A stretch of 63,977 nt of DNA, counting the filler, from Aduncisulcus paluster (taxonomy: Eukaryota), in the NCBI GenBank assembly GCA_024181965.1. It is 7 parts of 7 records of this genome, joined end to end, with 100 filler letters (N's around TTAATTAATTAA, not from the genome) between each part and the next. Parts side by side here need not be neighbours in the genome. Positions count along the whole stretch, not along the records: positions 21,475 to 31,438 come from BQXS01009704.1; positions 31,539 to 42,859 come from BQXS01009705.1; 5 more parts are not named here. The stretch is one strand, 5' to 3'. Below, in pieces: positions 22,348-33,718 of this stretch; the stretch's first letter is position 1, and each line of letters opens with the position of its first letter. The position numbers and the translations under genes were made by a program. The notes under the pieces are model-generated. The model was given only the letters and a program-made list of their open reading frames with translations, was not told the origin of the DNA and made no database searches.

Positions 22348-25300
22348 TCATTCGAGGTCATCAGACTTCTTTTCTTCCTTCTTTTCTTCTTCTATCTTTT
22401 CATCTTCCTGTTCTTTCACGTCTCCTTCTTCTTTACCTTGAACTTCTTCCTCTTGAACCTCTTTCAATAATTCTTTTAGCATGTTTCTGCTTGTTTTGTC
22501 ACTGAGCAAATTTTGAATAAATGCGTGCCTTTCTTCCTCTTTCCTCCTCTTCTCTTCTTCCTTTCTCCTTCTCTCTTCTTCCTCTCTTCTCTTCTCTTCC
22601 TCTTCCTTCCTCTTCCTTTCCTCTTCTTCTCTCCTCTTCTTTTCAGCAGCCACAGCCTCTTTTCGTAAACGTTCAAGTTCTTCCCTTCTCTGTTGTTCAA
22701 TGCGTCTTTGCTCAAGTTCAGCAAGTCTTCTCTGCTCCTCTTCTTTCCTCTTTTTCTCCTCTTCGACTCTTCGCCTCTCTTCTTCCTCTAGCTTTTTCTT
22801 GGCCATTTGAGCTTCCCACTGACGTCTTCTCTCTGCTTCCAATCTCCTCTTCTCTTCCTCTTCACGTCGCTTGGCCTCCTCTCGCTTCTTCCTCTCTTCT
22901 TGTTTTCTTTGACGCTCAAGTTCACGACGTTTTTGCCTCTCTTGACGCAAAAGCTCTTTCTTTTGACGCTCTTCCTCTCTTCTCTTTTCATCAATAGCTT
23001 CTCTAGCCCTCTTCTCTTCATCTTCTTTCTTTTTTTCTTCAAGTTTTCTCTTTCTTTTCTCCTCATCTTCTCTCTTTTTCTCTTCTAACTTACGTTGCCT
23101 CTCAGCTTCAGCGAAAAGCTTTCTCTCAGCATTCTCCCTGGCAGCAAATTCTGCATCCAAACGTGCCTTAGAATGCATTTGTTCCGCGGCAATACTCTCC
23201 TCGCATCGAATTGTGGCCAGAGAAATCAATTCTTTTGCAACAGCACTTTGGTGGAGAGCCTTCTCCATTGTTTCCTTTCTTTCTTCTTTTTCTCCTCTTC
23301 GACTCTTCGCCTCTCTTCTTCCTCTAGCTTTTTCTTGGCCATTTGAGCTTCCCACTGACGTCTTCTCTCTGCTTCCAATCTCCTCTTCTCTTCCTCTTCA
23401 CGTCGCTTGGCCTCCTCTCGCTTCTTCCTCTCTTCTTGTTTTCTTTGACGCTCAAGTTCACGACGTTTTTGCCTCTCTTGACGCAAAAGCTCTTTCTTTT
23501 GACGCTCTTCCTCTCTTCTCTTTTCATCAATAGCTTCTCTAGCCCTCTTCTCTTCATCTTCTTTCTTTTTTTCTTCAAGTTTTCTCTTCTTCTCTCCTCT
23601 TCTTTTCAGCAGCCACAGCCTCTTTTCGTAAACGTTCAAGTTCTTCCCTTCTCTGTTGTTCAATGCGTCTTTGCTCAAGTTCAGCAAGTCTTCTCTGCTC
23701 CTCTTCTTTCCTCTTTTTCTCCTCTTCGACTCTTCGCCTCTCTTCTTCCTCTAGCTTTTTCTTGGCCATTTGAGCTTCCCACTGACGTCTTCTCTCTGCT
23801 TCCAATCTCCTCTTCTCTTCCTCTTCACGTCGCTTGGCCTCCTCTCGCTTCTTCCTCTCTTCTTGTTTTCTTTGACGCTCAAGTTCACGAATCTCTTTGN
23901 NNNNNNNNNNNNNNNNNNNCGCTCAAGTTCACGACGTTTTTGCCTCTCTTGACGCAAAAGCTCTTTCTTTTGACGCTCTTCCTCTCTTCTCTTTTCATCA
24001 ATAGCTTCTCTAGCCCTCTTCTCTTCATCTTCTTTCTTTTTTTCTTCAAGTTTTCTCTTTCTTTTCTCCTCATCTTCTCNNNNNNNNNNNNNNNNNNNNC
24101 TCCTCTTCTTTTCAGCAGCCACAGCCTCTTTTCGTAAACGTTCAAGTTCTTCCCTTCTCTGTTGTTCAATGCGTCTTTGCTCAAGTTCAGCAAGTCTTCT
24201 CTGCTCCTCTTCTTTCCTCTTTTTCTCCTCTTCGACTCTTCGCCTCTCTTCTTCCTCTAGCTTTTTCTTGGCCATTTGAGCTTCCCACTGACGTCTTCTC
24301 TCTGCTTCCAATCTCCTCTTCTCTTCCTCTTCACGTCGCTTGGCCTCCTCTCGCTTCTTCCTCTCTTCTTGTTTTCTTTGACGCTCAAGTTCACGACGTT
24401 TTTGCCTCTCTTGACGCAAAAGCTCTTTCTTTTGACGCTCTTCCTCTCTTCTCTTTTCATCCATAGCTTCTCTAGCCCTCTTCTCTTCATCTTCTTTCTT
24501 TTTTTCTTCAAGTTTTCTCTTTCTTTTCTCCTCATCTTTCCTCTTTTTCTCCTCTTCGACTCTTCGCCTCTCTTCTTCCTCTAGCTTTTTCTTGGCCATT
24601 TGAGCTTCCCACTGACGTCTTCTCTCTGCTTCCAATCTCCTCTTCTCTTCCTCTTCACGTCGCTTGGCCTCCTCTCGCTTCTTCCTCTCTTCTTGTTTTC
24701 TTTGACGCTCAAGTTCACGACGTTTTTGCCTCTCTTGACGCAAAAGCTCTTTCTTTTGACGCTCTTCCTCTCTTCTCTTTTCATCAATAGCTTCTCTAGC
24801 CCTCTTCTCTTCATCTTCTTTCNNNNNNNNNNNNNNNNNNNNCTTCCTCTTCCTTTCCTCTTCTTCTCTCCTCTTCTTTTCAGCAGCCACAGCCTCTTTT
24901 CGTAAACGTTCAAGTTCTTCCCTTCTCTGTTGTTCAATGCGTCTTTGCTCAAGTTCAGCAAGTCTTCTCTGCTCCTCTTCTTTCCTCTTTTTCTCCTCTT
25001 CGACTCTTCGCCTCTCTTCTTCCTCTAGCTTTTTCTTGGCCATTTGAGCTTCCCACTGACGTCTTCTCTCTGCTTCCAATCTCCTCTTCTCTTCCTCTTC
25101 ACGTCGCTTGGCCTCCTCTCGCTTCTTCCTCTCTTCTTGTTTTCTTTGACGCTCAAGTTCACGACGTTTTTGCCTCTCTTGACGCAAAAGCTCTTTCTTT
25201 TGACGCTCTTCCTCTCTTCTCTTTTCATCAATAGCTTCTCTAGCCCTCTTCTCTTCATCTTCTTTCTTTTTTTCTTCAAGTTTTCTCTTTCTTTTCTCCT

Positions 25301-25985
25301 CATCTTCTCTCTTTTTCTCTTCTAACTTACGTTGCCTCTCAGCTTCAGCGAAAAGCTTTCTCTCAGCATTCTCCCTGGCAGCAAATTCTGCATCCAAACG
25401 TGCCTTAGAATGCATTTGTTCCGCGGCAATACTCTCCTCGCATCGAATTGTGGCCAGAGAAATCAATTCTTTTGCAACAGCACTTTGGTGGAGAGCCTTC
25501 TCCATTGTTTCCTTTCTTTCTTCTTCAATCTCTTTGAGAGTTTGTGCTTCTTCTCGTTGCTCATGACGAAGAGCCCGTTCTTTCTCAACAATGGGTTCCA
25601 GATAGGTATGCATGGACTTCATTTTTTGAGTGGCTGAGGTTATCAAGTGAATACGAGCAAGAGCTGTTGATATTTCAACAAGAGCATCATTGGATTCCTT
25701 AATAATCGAATTTATAGCTTGAATTGAGGGAATCATAAGAGTATGAAACTGAGAATATTCTTGTGACGTTTGTTGAATTTTTGAAATTCCTTTAACAGAT
25801 ATTTCCTCAATAATAGGAAGTTTATGATTGATATGATGCTGTGTTCTTGATAGAGCGCTAACACGCCGATTGACACTAAAAAAAGTGATAAGGAATGGAA
25901 ACAAAAGAAATATAGCTTGGATGACAGTTAAAATATAAACATACATAGGCAATCCAAAAAAAGGGGTTTTTAACGGTTGTGACAT
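22348..25985 (-). CDS. N-terminal TM-anchored E/K/R-rich coiled-coil/single-alpha-helix protein; locus mis-assembled into multiple near-identical copies
   Basis: ATG at 25985, hydrophobic segment YVYILTVIQAIFLLFPFLITFF, then EEKR-rich tract. Near-identical blocks recur around gaps 23900, 24080 and 24823. C-terminus ...KKSDDLE ends at 22348. Confidence 0.7.
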
Positions 25986-26322
25986 GTGGCAAAATGACGA
26001 GAAAACCAAACACAAAATTCCAAAATGGAAAGGGCCAATTAAATTTACCCAACATCGTTTTCAAGCTGTTAATCGCTCCAAAATCAAGTTCAAAACTAAC
26101 GATAAAAATTTATTCTTGCCAAAACAGCTGATATAGAAAATTTAGAATCATATTGGTCCGATACAACAATTATATATCCCTTTTTCATGAAGAAATATTT
26201 TTGTATTGTGTTATAATAATCCTCAATACTATCAATTACCCATGGAAAGAATGGACCTCAAGATAATCTACAATCGACCATATGTTAGAATTGAATAAAA
26301 TAACTATGAAATTTTTGAATAA

Positions 26323-26622
26323 TTAATGGCCCATGCCTTTGCTAGATTTCTTTTTACCCCTTTTTGAACGCTTTTTCTTCCCCTTTGCTTCCCTATTGAT
26401 AGCTTTTTCTAATTGTTCTAATAACACAACCTTTTTCTTTATCTCTTCATCAGTCTCTGGGGTAATATCACGTTTTTTCTTTTCTATCATATGCTTCTTC
26501 CGTATCTGTTTTTTCTTCTTGATCAGCAAATCTTTTTTGGATCCACGGGTTAAATCCATATTTTTTGCATATTGAAGTTGCCTCTCCAACATGTCTGATA
26601 TACTTAGAGATAATTTATCCAT
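26323..26622 (-). CDS. Small lysine-rich hypothetical protein (99 aa)
   Basis: ATG at 26622 after an AT-rich leader; MDKLSLSISDMLERQL...KKKSSKGMGH. Confidence 0.6.
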   Translation of the reverse strand: MDKLSLSISDMLERQLQYAKNMDLTRGSKKDLLIKKKKQIRKKHMIEKKKRDITPETDEEIKKKVVLLEQLEKAINREAKGKKKRSKRGKKKSSKGMGH

Positions 26623-26807
26623 ATTAAAAAATTGAATTATCCCTAGTTGCAGTACAAAAAAATGATATTTCCGAGCGATGAAATCCACGTTCTCCTACCG
26701 CTTCTTCTGGCCTTCGGCTTCCTAATAAAAGTCTAGTTATATCAGAACTTGTCCGTGAAGTCTAAAAGGAGCCCCCTAATCCACCTATTTAAACCCGAAT
26801 GCTCTTC

Positions 26808-27253
26808 TTACTGCATCAACCCAATTTCTTCTCGTACCATTCCTGCATGATATGCTCGAAAACCTTCCTCCGATTCCCAGCCACCCAGGGCCATAATTAG
26901 ATATGAATCTTAGGGTAAGGTCCTGCACTTCCTCTTCGTGGATTCCCACCTCGATGAACCCATTACCTCGCTCGCCGCTTTCTTCAGCCTCTCTCACAAT
27001 TCCTTTTATTTCCGGTTCATACTGGTGTAATCCTTGTTTGAGATGAAGAGGAATCCGTCCCTTGTTCGCTTCCATCTCTTATTAACCTGTACCGAGGCTT
27101 CCTTCGTACTCAATTCTTTTTGTTTAATCTCTTCCATTATTGGTTGTTTCCTAACCACACTTGCCATCCATTTCTCACCTTAGTGATGTCTCTTTTGCTC
27201 AGTTGCACGATCTCTGCCCCTCTACAGCACATTTCTCCGACCAGGGCGAATAA
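26808..27253 (-). pseudogene. Degenerate tyrosine recombinase (DIRS/Crypton/Cre-like) remnant
   Basis: Across frameshifts and stops: LFALVGEMCCRGAEIVQLSKRDI (box I, R..E...L...DI), DGFLF, LKKAA, and IMALGGWESEEGFRAY (box II, G.W.S......Y). The HxxR motif is not recoverable. Confidence 0.7.
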
Positions 27254-27330
27254 TCAAAGGGTGATGATTTTTGAAATATTGATTTGGAGAAGGCTACGAT
27301 GATCGGGGTGCCTTTATTCTTGATTATTTT

Positions 27331-27382
27331 CTTTTAATATATGTTCAAATAAATAATTATTTATTTGAACATATATTAAAAG
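27331..27382. repeat. Perfect 52-bp palindrome with no spacer
   Basis: CTTTTAATATATGTTCAAATAAATAA immediately followed by its exact reverse complement TTATTTATTTGAACATATATTAAAAG. Confidence 0.97.
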
Positions 27383-27616
27383 CAATGAAGTTCTTGAATT
27401 TCTCTTCTGATCACAACCAGGAGAATATGGTGGTTCGAATATGAGAAAAATATTTTACACTCATGGTAACTGTGGACATTAATTTTGTTTGTGTCATAAT
27501 CTGAGAGATTGGTCAACTCTGTCACAATAATTCCTAATTTTGCTCGGTACTCTTGGGAGAAAATTTAATTTATTTCGAAAATATCATCCTTTTAAATTAA
27601 TTATATCCCCCCACCG

Positions 27617-30600
27617 ATGAAAACAACCCCGTTTCAAGCCTTTTCTATGTGTGACATTTTCCATCTCCCTCTATTGAATGATTCCCGATGTTTTTTAGCG
27701 AATTCGTTGAATTATTTCATTTTCCTTTTGTTGGCATTGATGATGTCCTCCTTATTGTCTTTAGACGATTCCAATCCCATCCTTTCTTCTCTTCCCTTTT
27801 CCCAATGTCCTTATTGTGCCGCCGTTGTTGTTGACAGCTCTGTTGGGACTAACCTTGGACAAGTCTCGTTTACTGATGTGTCCATGTGTCATGAACATTG
27901 TTTCATGCCATCCTATTCCATGAGCATGTCTTCTTTCTCTTTTGGTGTACAGGTCGGACCATTGTCTGGTTCCACGAGTAATACTCTTCCATGGTATTCC
28001 CGTCCTTCATTGTGTTCTTCATGTTGCAGCATTGACCATGCTGGAGTTTTGTCCCGAGAGGAACCATCAGACATGATGTTTCTGCCGTTTCTGCCGTCTC
28101 TATCGTCTGGATCTTTTTCTACCCCTGACATTCTTTCTTTCCCCATTCATGGTGTCTGCCCCCTTTCTGTGGTTGATATTTTTGTCCATGACTCTGTTGA
28201 CACGAGCTCACCCTCCATGCCAATCTCAGAGAACCATTCTGCTTTGCTTTTGCATCCCCTTGGTCTTCTCTTCCTTGTTGCACTCTCTATCACTCTTGTT
28301 GTTGGTGGTGGGCTTGCTCTTGGTATCGTTATTGTTATTGCAGTTACTATTCATATTCCTGTTCATGTCTCCATTTCTGATGGAAGTAGAACGAGACTCA
28401 TTTCAACCGTCCTCATGTTTTTGGGTCTTTTCACTTCTTCCTTCCATTCTGCTCTTGGCGAAGGACTGTCCAACGAATGTTCCATGTATCTCTCCGAGGA
28501 CGATCATTTGGTCTGCAATGAAGTATATCCTGATCGTTATGCTGCCGAATGTGAGGAGGGGTATTATTACAATGAGGCCACTTATTCATGTGTCATTGAA
28601 GATACGACATACCAATGTCCAACCATTAGTGATGAGTATCACATGTGCATCCTTGCTGATGGAGATTCATCCCTATCTCTGGGCTGCCGATCTGCCTGGT
28701 ATGGAGATGACTGTGACCAATTGTATAAAATACACATTCCTGACCAAATTGCGAGGAAGCAAATATGTTATGCAGCCAGTCTTGGGTATGGCCTGTGTGA
28801 TATCTCCGAGTTTGAGATGGCTGGAATAAGTGGATATATTTCCTTTGGCTCCGCTGCTCATTTTTCCTCTTTTGAAGGTGCGCAATATTTAATCAATATT
28901 AATTACATTTTTGCCAGAAACAATGATGTTACATCAATTGCCCCCTTGAAAAATCTAACTCAATTTACCATTCTAAAACTATATCTTACTGTTGTTGACG
29001 ATTATAATCTTAGTATCTCTGATTTTAACTCATTCTATCAATTATCTCGATTGGGAACTCTTCAACTTGAACCGAATGAGAAAATATTTGATATATCTAT
29101 TCTGTTCAAAAATATCGGTATTACTTCAATGCATTTAGCTCTTAATACCCAGTATCGATATATCCGATTGTGTCGATCCGAGGAAGAATCGGAATTTCAG
29201 TCCTTTTTGAGTGCAATATTTCCAACAATTAATACCTCAGGATTTTTACTTTATGTCGCATCTAATGCATGTCCAATTAATGTGACTTCTGAATTTTATT
29301 GTGACTCTAACGATATTACCTGTCCTTCAATTGTTCTGAACGAAGTGTACAACAGTGTTATTGATACACCAGTTAAAGAATGTGCATTCATTGCAAAGAC
29401 AAGTGGATCTGCGAGTGAAGGAGATCTTACATGTTACACTATCCATGATGATAATATTAGGGCTTATTTATCCGACCCCACGAAGGGGTGTCTGGGTAGT
29501 TCTGATATTGAAATTAATGGAGTGATCAGTGTTGCTACCATGCGAAGTGTTTTATCCTGTCCTTCCTCCTCATTGTCTCTCTCATCCATTGCAACGGATA
29601 TGTCCTTATCCTCTGTGAATTCCATCACTACCTTACAAGGTCTTGAGTATGCCACTTCATTGACATCTCTGAACATTGATGGGTATGACTTGAGTGATGT
29701 AAACGATTCATCCGAGTACGATAGGCTGGTTATCCAGATCCTGGCGAAGGCTGTGACATCTGGAACTATTGATTCCGGTCTAACATCATTATCTGCGAGT
29801 GGATGTAACTTGAGTGCTGTGAGTGATGTGCTTGACCTGACCCCGATTGCAGATGGAGACTCTGCCACACAACCCTTCAAGCTGACATCCCTTGATCTCT
29901 CCAATAACTCCATCTCGGACGTGTCAGTTCTCATCACCTCTGATCTATTCCTCGCGGATACTCTCACAACCCTTGACATCAGTAGTAATTCTATTTGTAA
30001 CATTGACAATGTTGTGAGTGCTCTCCAGACCAAATTCACGAACTTGTCATCCGTGATATATTCTGACCAATCATGCCATTGTTCCGCATCCGTATCCTCG
30101 ACTGATCACCAAGTGTGTCGTGAAGTGTATTCCAATCGTTGGGCCGTCGAGTGCTGGAATGGATACTACCTTGACAAAGCGAGTGGAGAGTGTGTTGCAG
30201 CATGTTCGAGTGGCACTGTACTTGATACCTCCACAACCCCGGATTCATGTGTATCTACTACTTCAGCCGTTGACGACGCCATTCGTGTCCAAGTGTGTGA
30301 AAGACATTCCAATATGATATCTGTTCTTGAGTCAGGCGATGCATCCATCACATGTGGGTGTGCATATGGGTATCATGGAGATTCGTGTGAATACGTTGAC
30401 ATTCCCGATTCCAACCTTCGAAGTGCCTTGTGTCTGTCTGTTGTGAATCCAAGTGCTCACGATTCCTCCTGTGACGATCTGACTATTGCGGATATGGCCA
30501 CCGTGACGTCTGTGAGTGCTTCCATTGTGGACTCCTTTGATGGTCTTCAGTATGCTGTGGACCTCACATCTTTGTCTATATCTGGCACTTCGTCTAGTTC

Positions 30601-31438
30601 TGTGTCCATTGGGAATACTGATCTTGGATACCTTCCTTTGTCCCTAGTTGAGCTGTCTCTTGAAGATGTTAATATTGAGGCTGATAGTGATTTTTCTATC
30701 TTCATCGAACTTACAACACTCTCTTTGAAGAACAATTCCTCGTATGATGTGACAAATTCTGCTCTTTTCCCATCATCATCATCTTTCATATCTCTTGACG
30801 TTAGTTTCACCGCATTGTCCTCTTTCTCTTCCATTTCCACCTCAATCACAACCATGACTGCAAACAACTGTTCCTCACTGACGAGTTTCTCAACCATCTC
30901 CAATCTCACGAATCTTGTGTCTCTTGATGTGAGCGATGCCTCAAACATGCCGACTTCATCCTCTGTCAGTGCATTTGCTTCACTTTCACTTCTCACCTCC
31001 CTCAACCTCTCATCAACAGGGATATCCGATCCTTCCCCATTGTATGCTTTGTCCAGTAGTGGTTCTTGGAACAGCCTTGACTTGTCCGATAATCATATCT
31101 GTGGTGGTGATAGTGCAATTGAGACTTTCCTTGCAAATAAGTTTTCTCCTGCGACAGTGAATGTTTCTGGTCAAGCCTGCATATGTTCCTCTGGTGACCC
31201 CGAATCGATTCCACTCACTGCCAACAAGGTCTGCAGTGAGACCAAGCCTGGGTCTAATTCGTGGTATGTTGTGTGTGCCAGTGATTCATACACGTCATAC
31301 ACCGATGCATCGACATTTTCATGCATTTCCCCAGCTAATGTTGATGGGACGTATGGATGTTCTGGCGGGTGTGAGTATGGATATGAGTGCAGATATGATT
31401 CAGATTCAACTTCAACATTGTGTCAGCAAGTGATCGTC
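27617..31438 (+). CDS. Internalin-like LRR / cysteine-rich (EGF-like) surface protein, 3' truncated
   Basis: Hydrophobic segments near aa 210-275. Repeated cap motifs (IHIPDQIARKQIC, TIHDDNIRAYL, VDIPDSNLRSALC) followed by LRRs (LTSLDLSNNSISDVS) and C..GYHGDSC-type EGF-like linkers. Confidence 0.85.
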
Positions 31439-31538
31439 NNNNNNNNNNNNNNNNNNNNNNNNNNNNNNNNNNNNNNNNNNNNTTAATTAATTAANNNNNN
31501 NNNNNNNNNNNNNNNNNNNNNNNNNNNNNNNNNNNNNN
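31439..31538. other. Artificial contig-joining linker
   Basis: N44-TTAATTAATTAA-N44. Confidence 0.98.
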
Positions 31539-31987
31539 TATGAGGAGGTCACCTCAAGCGTGATATCACGGATAAAGTGGGGGTTGAACAGCTTTTTCAG
31601 AGCAAGCCCACGGACAACGACGGAGTATGTCAGCGTGTCCGGATTCATATCATATTTCACGACATGTTCAGTTTTATCGTTCATCAGCATCTCCCATTCA
31701 CGAAAGGGACCTCGTTGCTTCAGCGTAATATCTGCAGCCTCATCATGTTCTGTCCCATTGGCACAGATCATTAAATAGTCCTTTGACCTTGCATTCGTGA
31801 CTTTATGGAAAACAATCACGATTTCATTAGGGTTCACATCGGACAGATATGCGATCATTCGACTCACTCGAGCATAATGATCTTGCTTTAAAGAGCCTCG
31901 AAAGAAGAAATCAACGGGACCTTCAGAGAGTTCAGCACTCACATGCTCATCAACTCCATCCATGAAGATATCTTCACTTTCGGACAT
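31539..31987 (-). CDS. Partial copy of the 42401 gene (MSESEDIFMDG...)
   Basis: Same translation as ORF 42401+; lies within the inverted duplicate; truncated by the contig end. Confidence 0.7.
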
Positions 31988-32469
31988 CTACATTCCAATA
32001 TTCAGCGTTATATATCGATAAAACAAAAAGATTGCCCAACAAAAAATTGAAGGAAAACAAGGGTCGCAAAGAAAAAGTGATTTCTTGCTTTCAAATGATT
32101 CAATCTGCTTCTTCCGGACAAGTATTTGTGAAGAAGGAGCATTATATGCCATTTCATCGTTCGTACAAAGCAAATAAAACGTTCACACACGTCCATAAAT
32201 GTTCCATGCCGAGGATAGAAGGCAAAGAAGGAAATCAAAATCATCAGCTTGACACTATCGTTTCCTTGCTGTTTTGATGGATCAATTAAAAAGCCTGATC
32301 CGTCTATTCACAACGATGAGTCCCCACATAGAGACGGTAGAAGTCCACATAAGCTGTCCTACTTCCCTGTGGCATTCAACTCGTGTCTTTGCGAACGGAG
32401 CATGGAATTTGAACGAATAATCGGGCGCTTTATTGGGCAAACATTACCTTCATTATGCAAAAATAATAT
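31539..32469. repeat. 931-bp inverted duplicate of 41919-42849
   Basis: Reverse-complement match (coordinates sum to 74388) with at least three substitutions (32141, 32440, 32445). Confidence 0.95.
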
Positions 32470-32700
32470 TCATTTGTCATGATCGAGTCTGGTCTTCTAT
32501 AGAGTGTTTTCCCACCCCGATAAGAACCAATAAGGTGTAAATTCGAATTTATAATGATCTAAAAACCGCAAATAAACCAGATAAAAACCTATCCTTACTT
32601 CTATTTATTTGCTGGTTTACATTGTTCAGCATTTTCAAGACGACAACTACAAATCTATCATTTGGCTCACTCCAGGCATAAAACATTATCAAATTAAACC

Positions 32701-33536
32701 ATGGTATGTTATGAAAAAGCAAGATTGTATATTTTTGAATTATATGGTAAATTTATAATCGATTTCAGAATAATACTGAACACCAAGAACGAGTTGCTGC
32801 TGTTCTCCCAAAATTCGCTCCTTTAGCTCGGCCTATGTATAAAATCAAATCTGAACCAAGGGCTGAAACTCCTGATTGTCCTTCTGAAGATCTTAAGGTG
32901 AGCAAGTTTGGTGGAATCCCTTTCATGCCTCGTGCTGATTGGCCCAAGTGTGCACACTGTTCTCAACCTCTTGAGTTGTTGGTTCAGTTGGATCTTTCAA
33001 AGATTCCCCGGAAGACTCTACCTGAGGACATGCCTGAAACTGGTTTATTACAGTTATTCTTCTGTCCTAACACTGACGCTGAGTGTGTTTGTGATATGGA
33101 TGAGGATAAATGGACCGTTGGTCGTTATATTTCGGCCGAAGAGCTTACTCGTGAGCCAGTTTTCCGTGAAATGCCAGAAAGTGAAGTTGACCATATTCCT
33201 TGCCATGCTATCACTGGATTTGAAGAGACTACGGAATACCCAATGCCAGAAGAATGTGAAGAACACCTTGATGAACTTGAAGAAGAAGTAACCCCCGATG
33301 AAATCATGCTTGTGTGTGATTGCGCTGCTTCTGAATCTGATAAACTTGGTGGATGGCCTTGTTGGCTCGATGAGATTATTTATCCCGAATGTCCTGTCTG
33401 TGGGAGTGAAATGCCACACTTGATGACAGTTGGTTCTGAGGAGGGGCTTGAATGGGCCTTCTCAGATGGTGGATGCGGACGTATATTCGTTTGTCCCCAT
33501 CATTTGGAGGCTACCACACTCAGTTTTGATTCTTAA
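32701..33536 (+). CDS. DUF1963/YwqG-family protein; exon 1 is ATG only, exon 2 is 32769-33536
   Basis: SKFGGIPFMP..WP.C..C..PL.LLVQLDL...GLLQLFFC and DKLGGWP.W.....P.CPVCG..M motifs typical of YwqG/DUF1963. Confidence 0.8.
32704..32768 (+). other. Spliceosomal intron directly after the start codon (65 nt)
   Basis: ATG|GTATGT...TTTCAG|AAT; adds 22 in-frame codons ahead of ORF 32835. Confidence 0.75.
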
Positions 33537-33718
33537 TCTCTCTAATCTTATGGTTGATCACAATTCCGATCAGAATCTGAGGAAAAATCACCTTTTGCCA
33601 CTGAATTGAAAAAACTTATTTCAAATCAGATTATTCATCTAGTTTATTAAATATTTTTTGATTTTGTGAGTAAAAATAATTAAACAATTTTAAATTTAAA
33701 GCCAAATGTGTCATTCAT

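Noticed and set aside
22600-25520. Array of ~300-bp near-identical repeats (possible CRISPR-like array, satellite or repeat antigen)
   Set aside because: No repeat-spacer structure. Copies are interleaved with three gaps and switch at CT-rich low-complexity points, as expected from assembly tangles in an EKR-rich gene; a real expansion cannot be shown.
27432-27440. GGTTCGAAT tRNA T-loop / B-box motif
   Set aside because: No T-stem pairing or cloverleaf around it.
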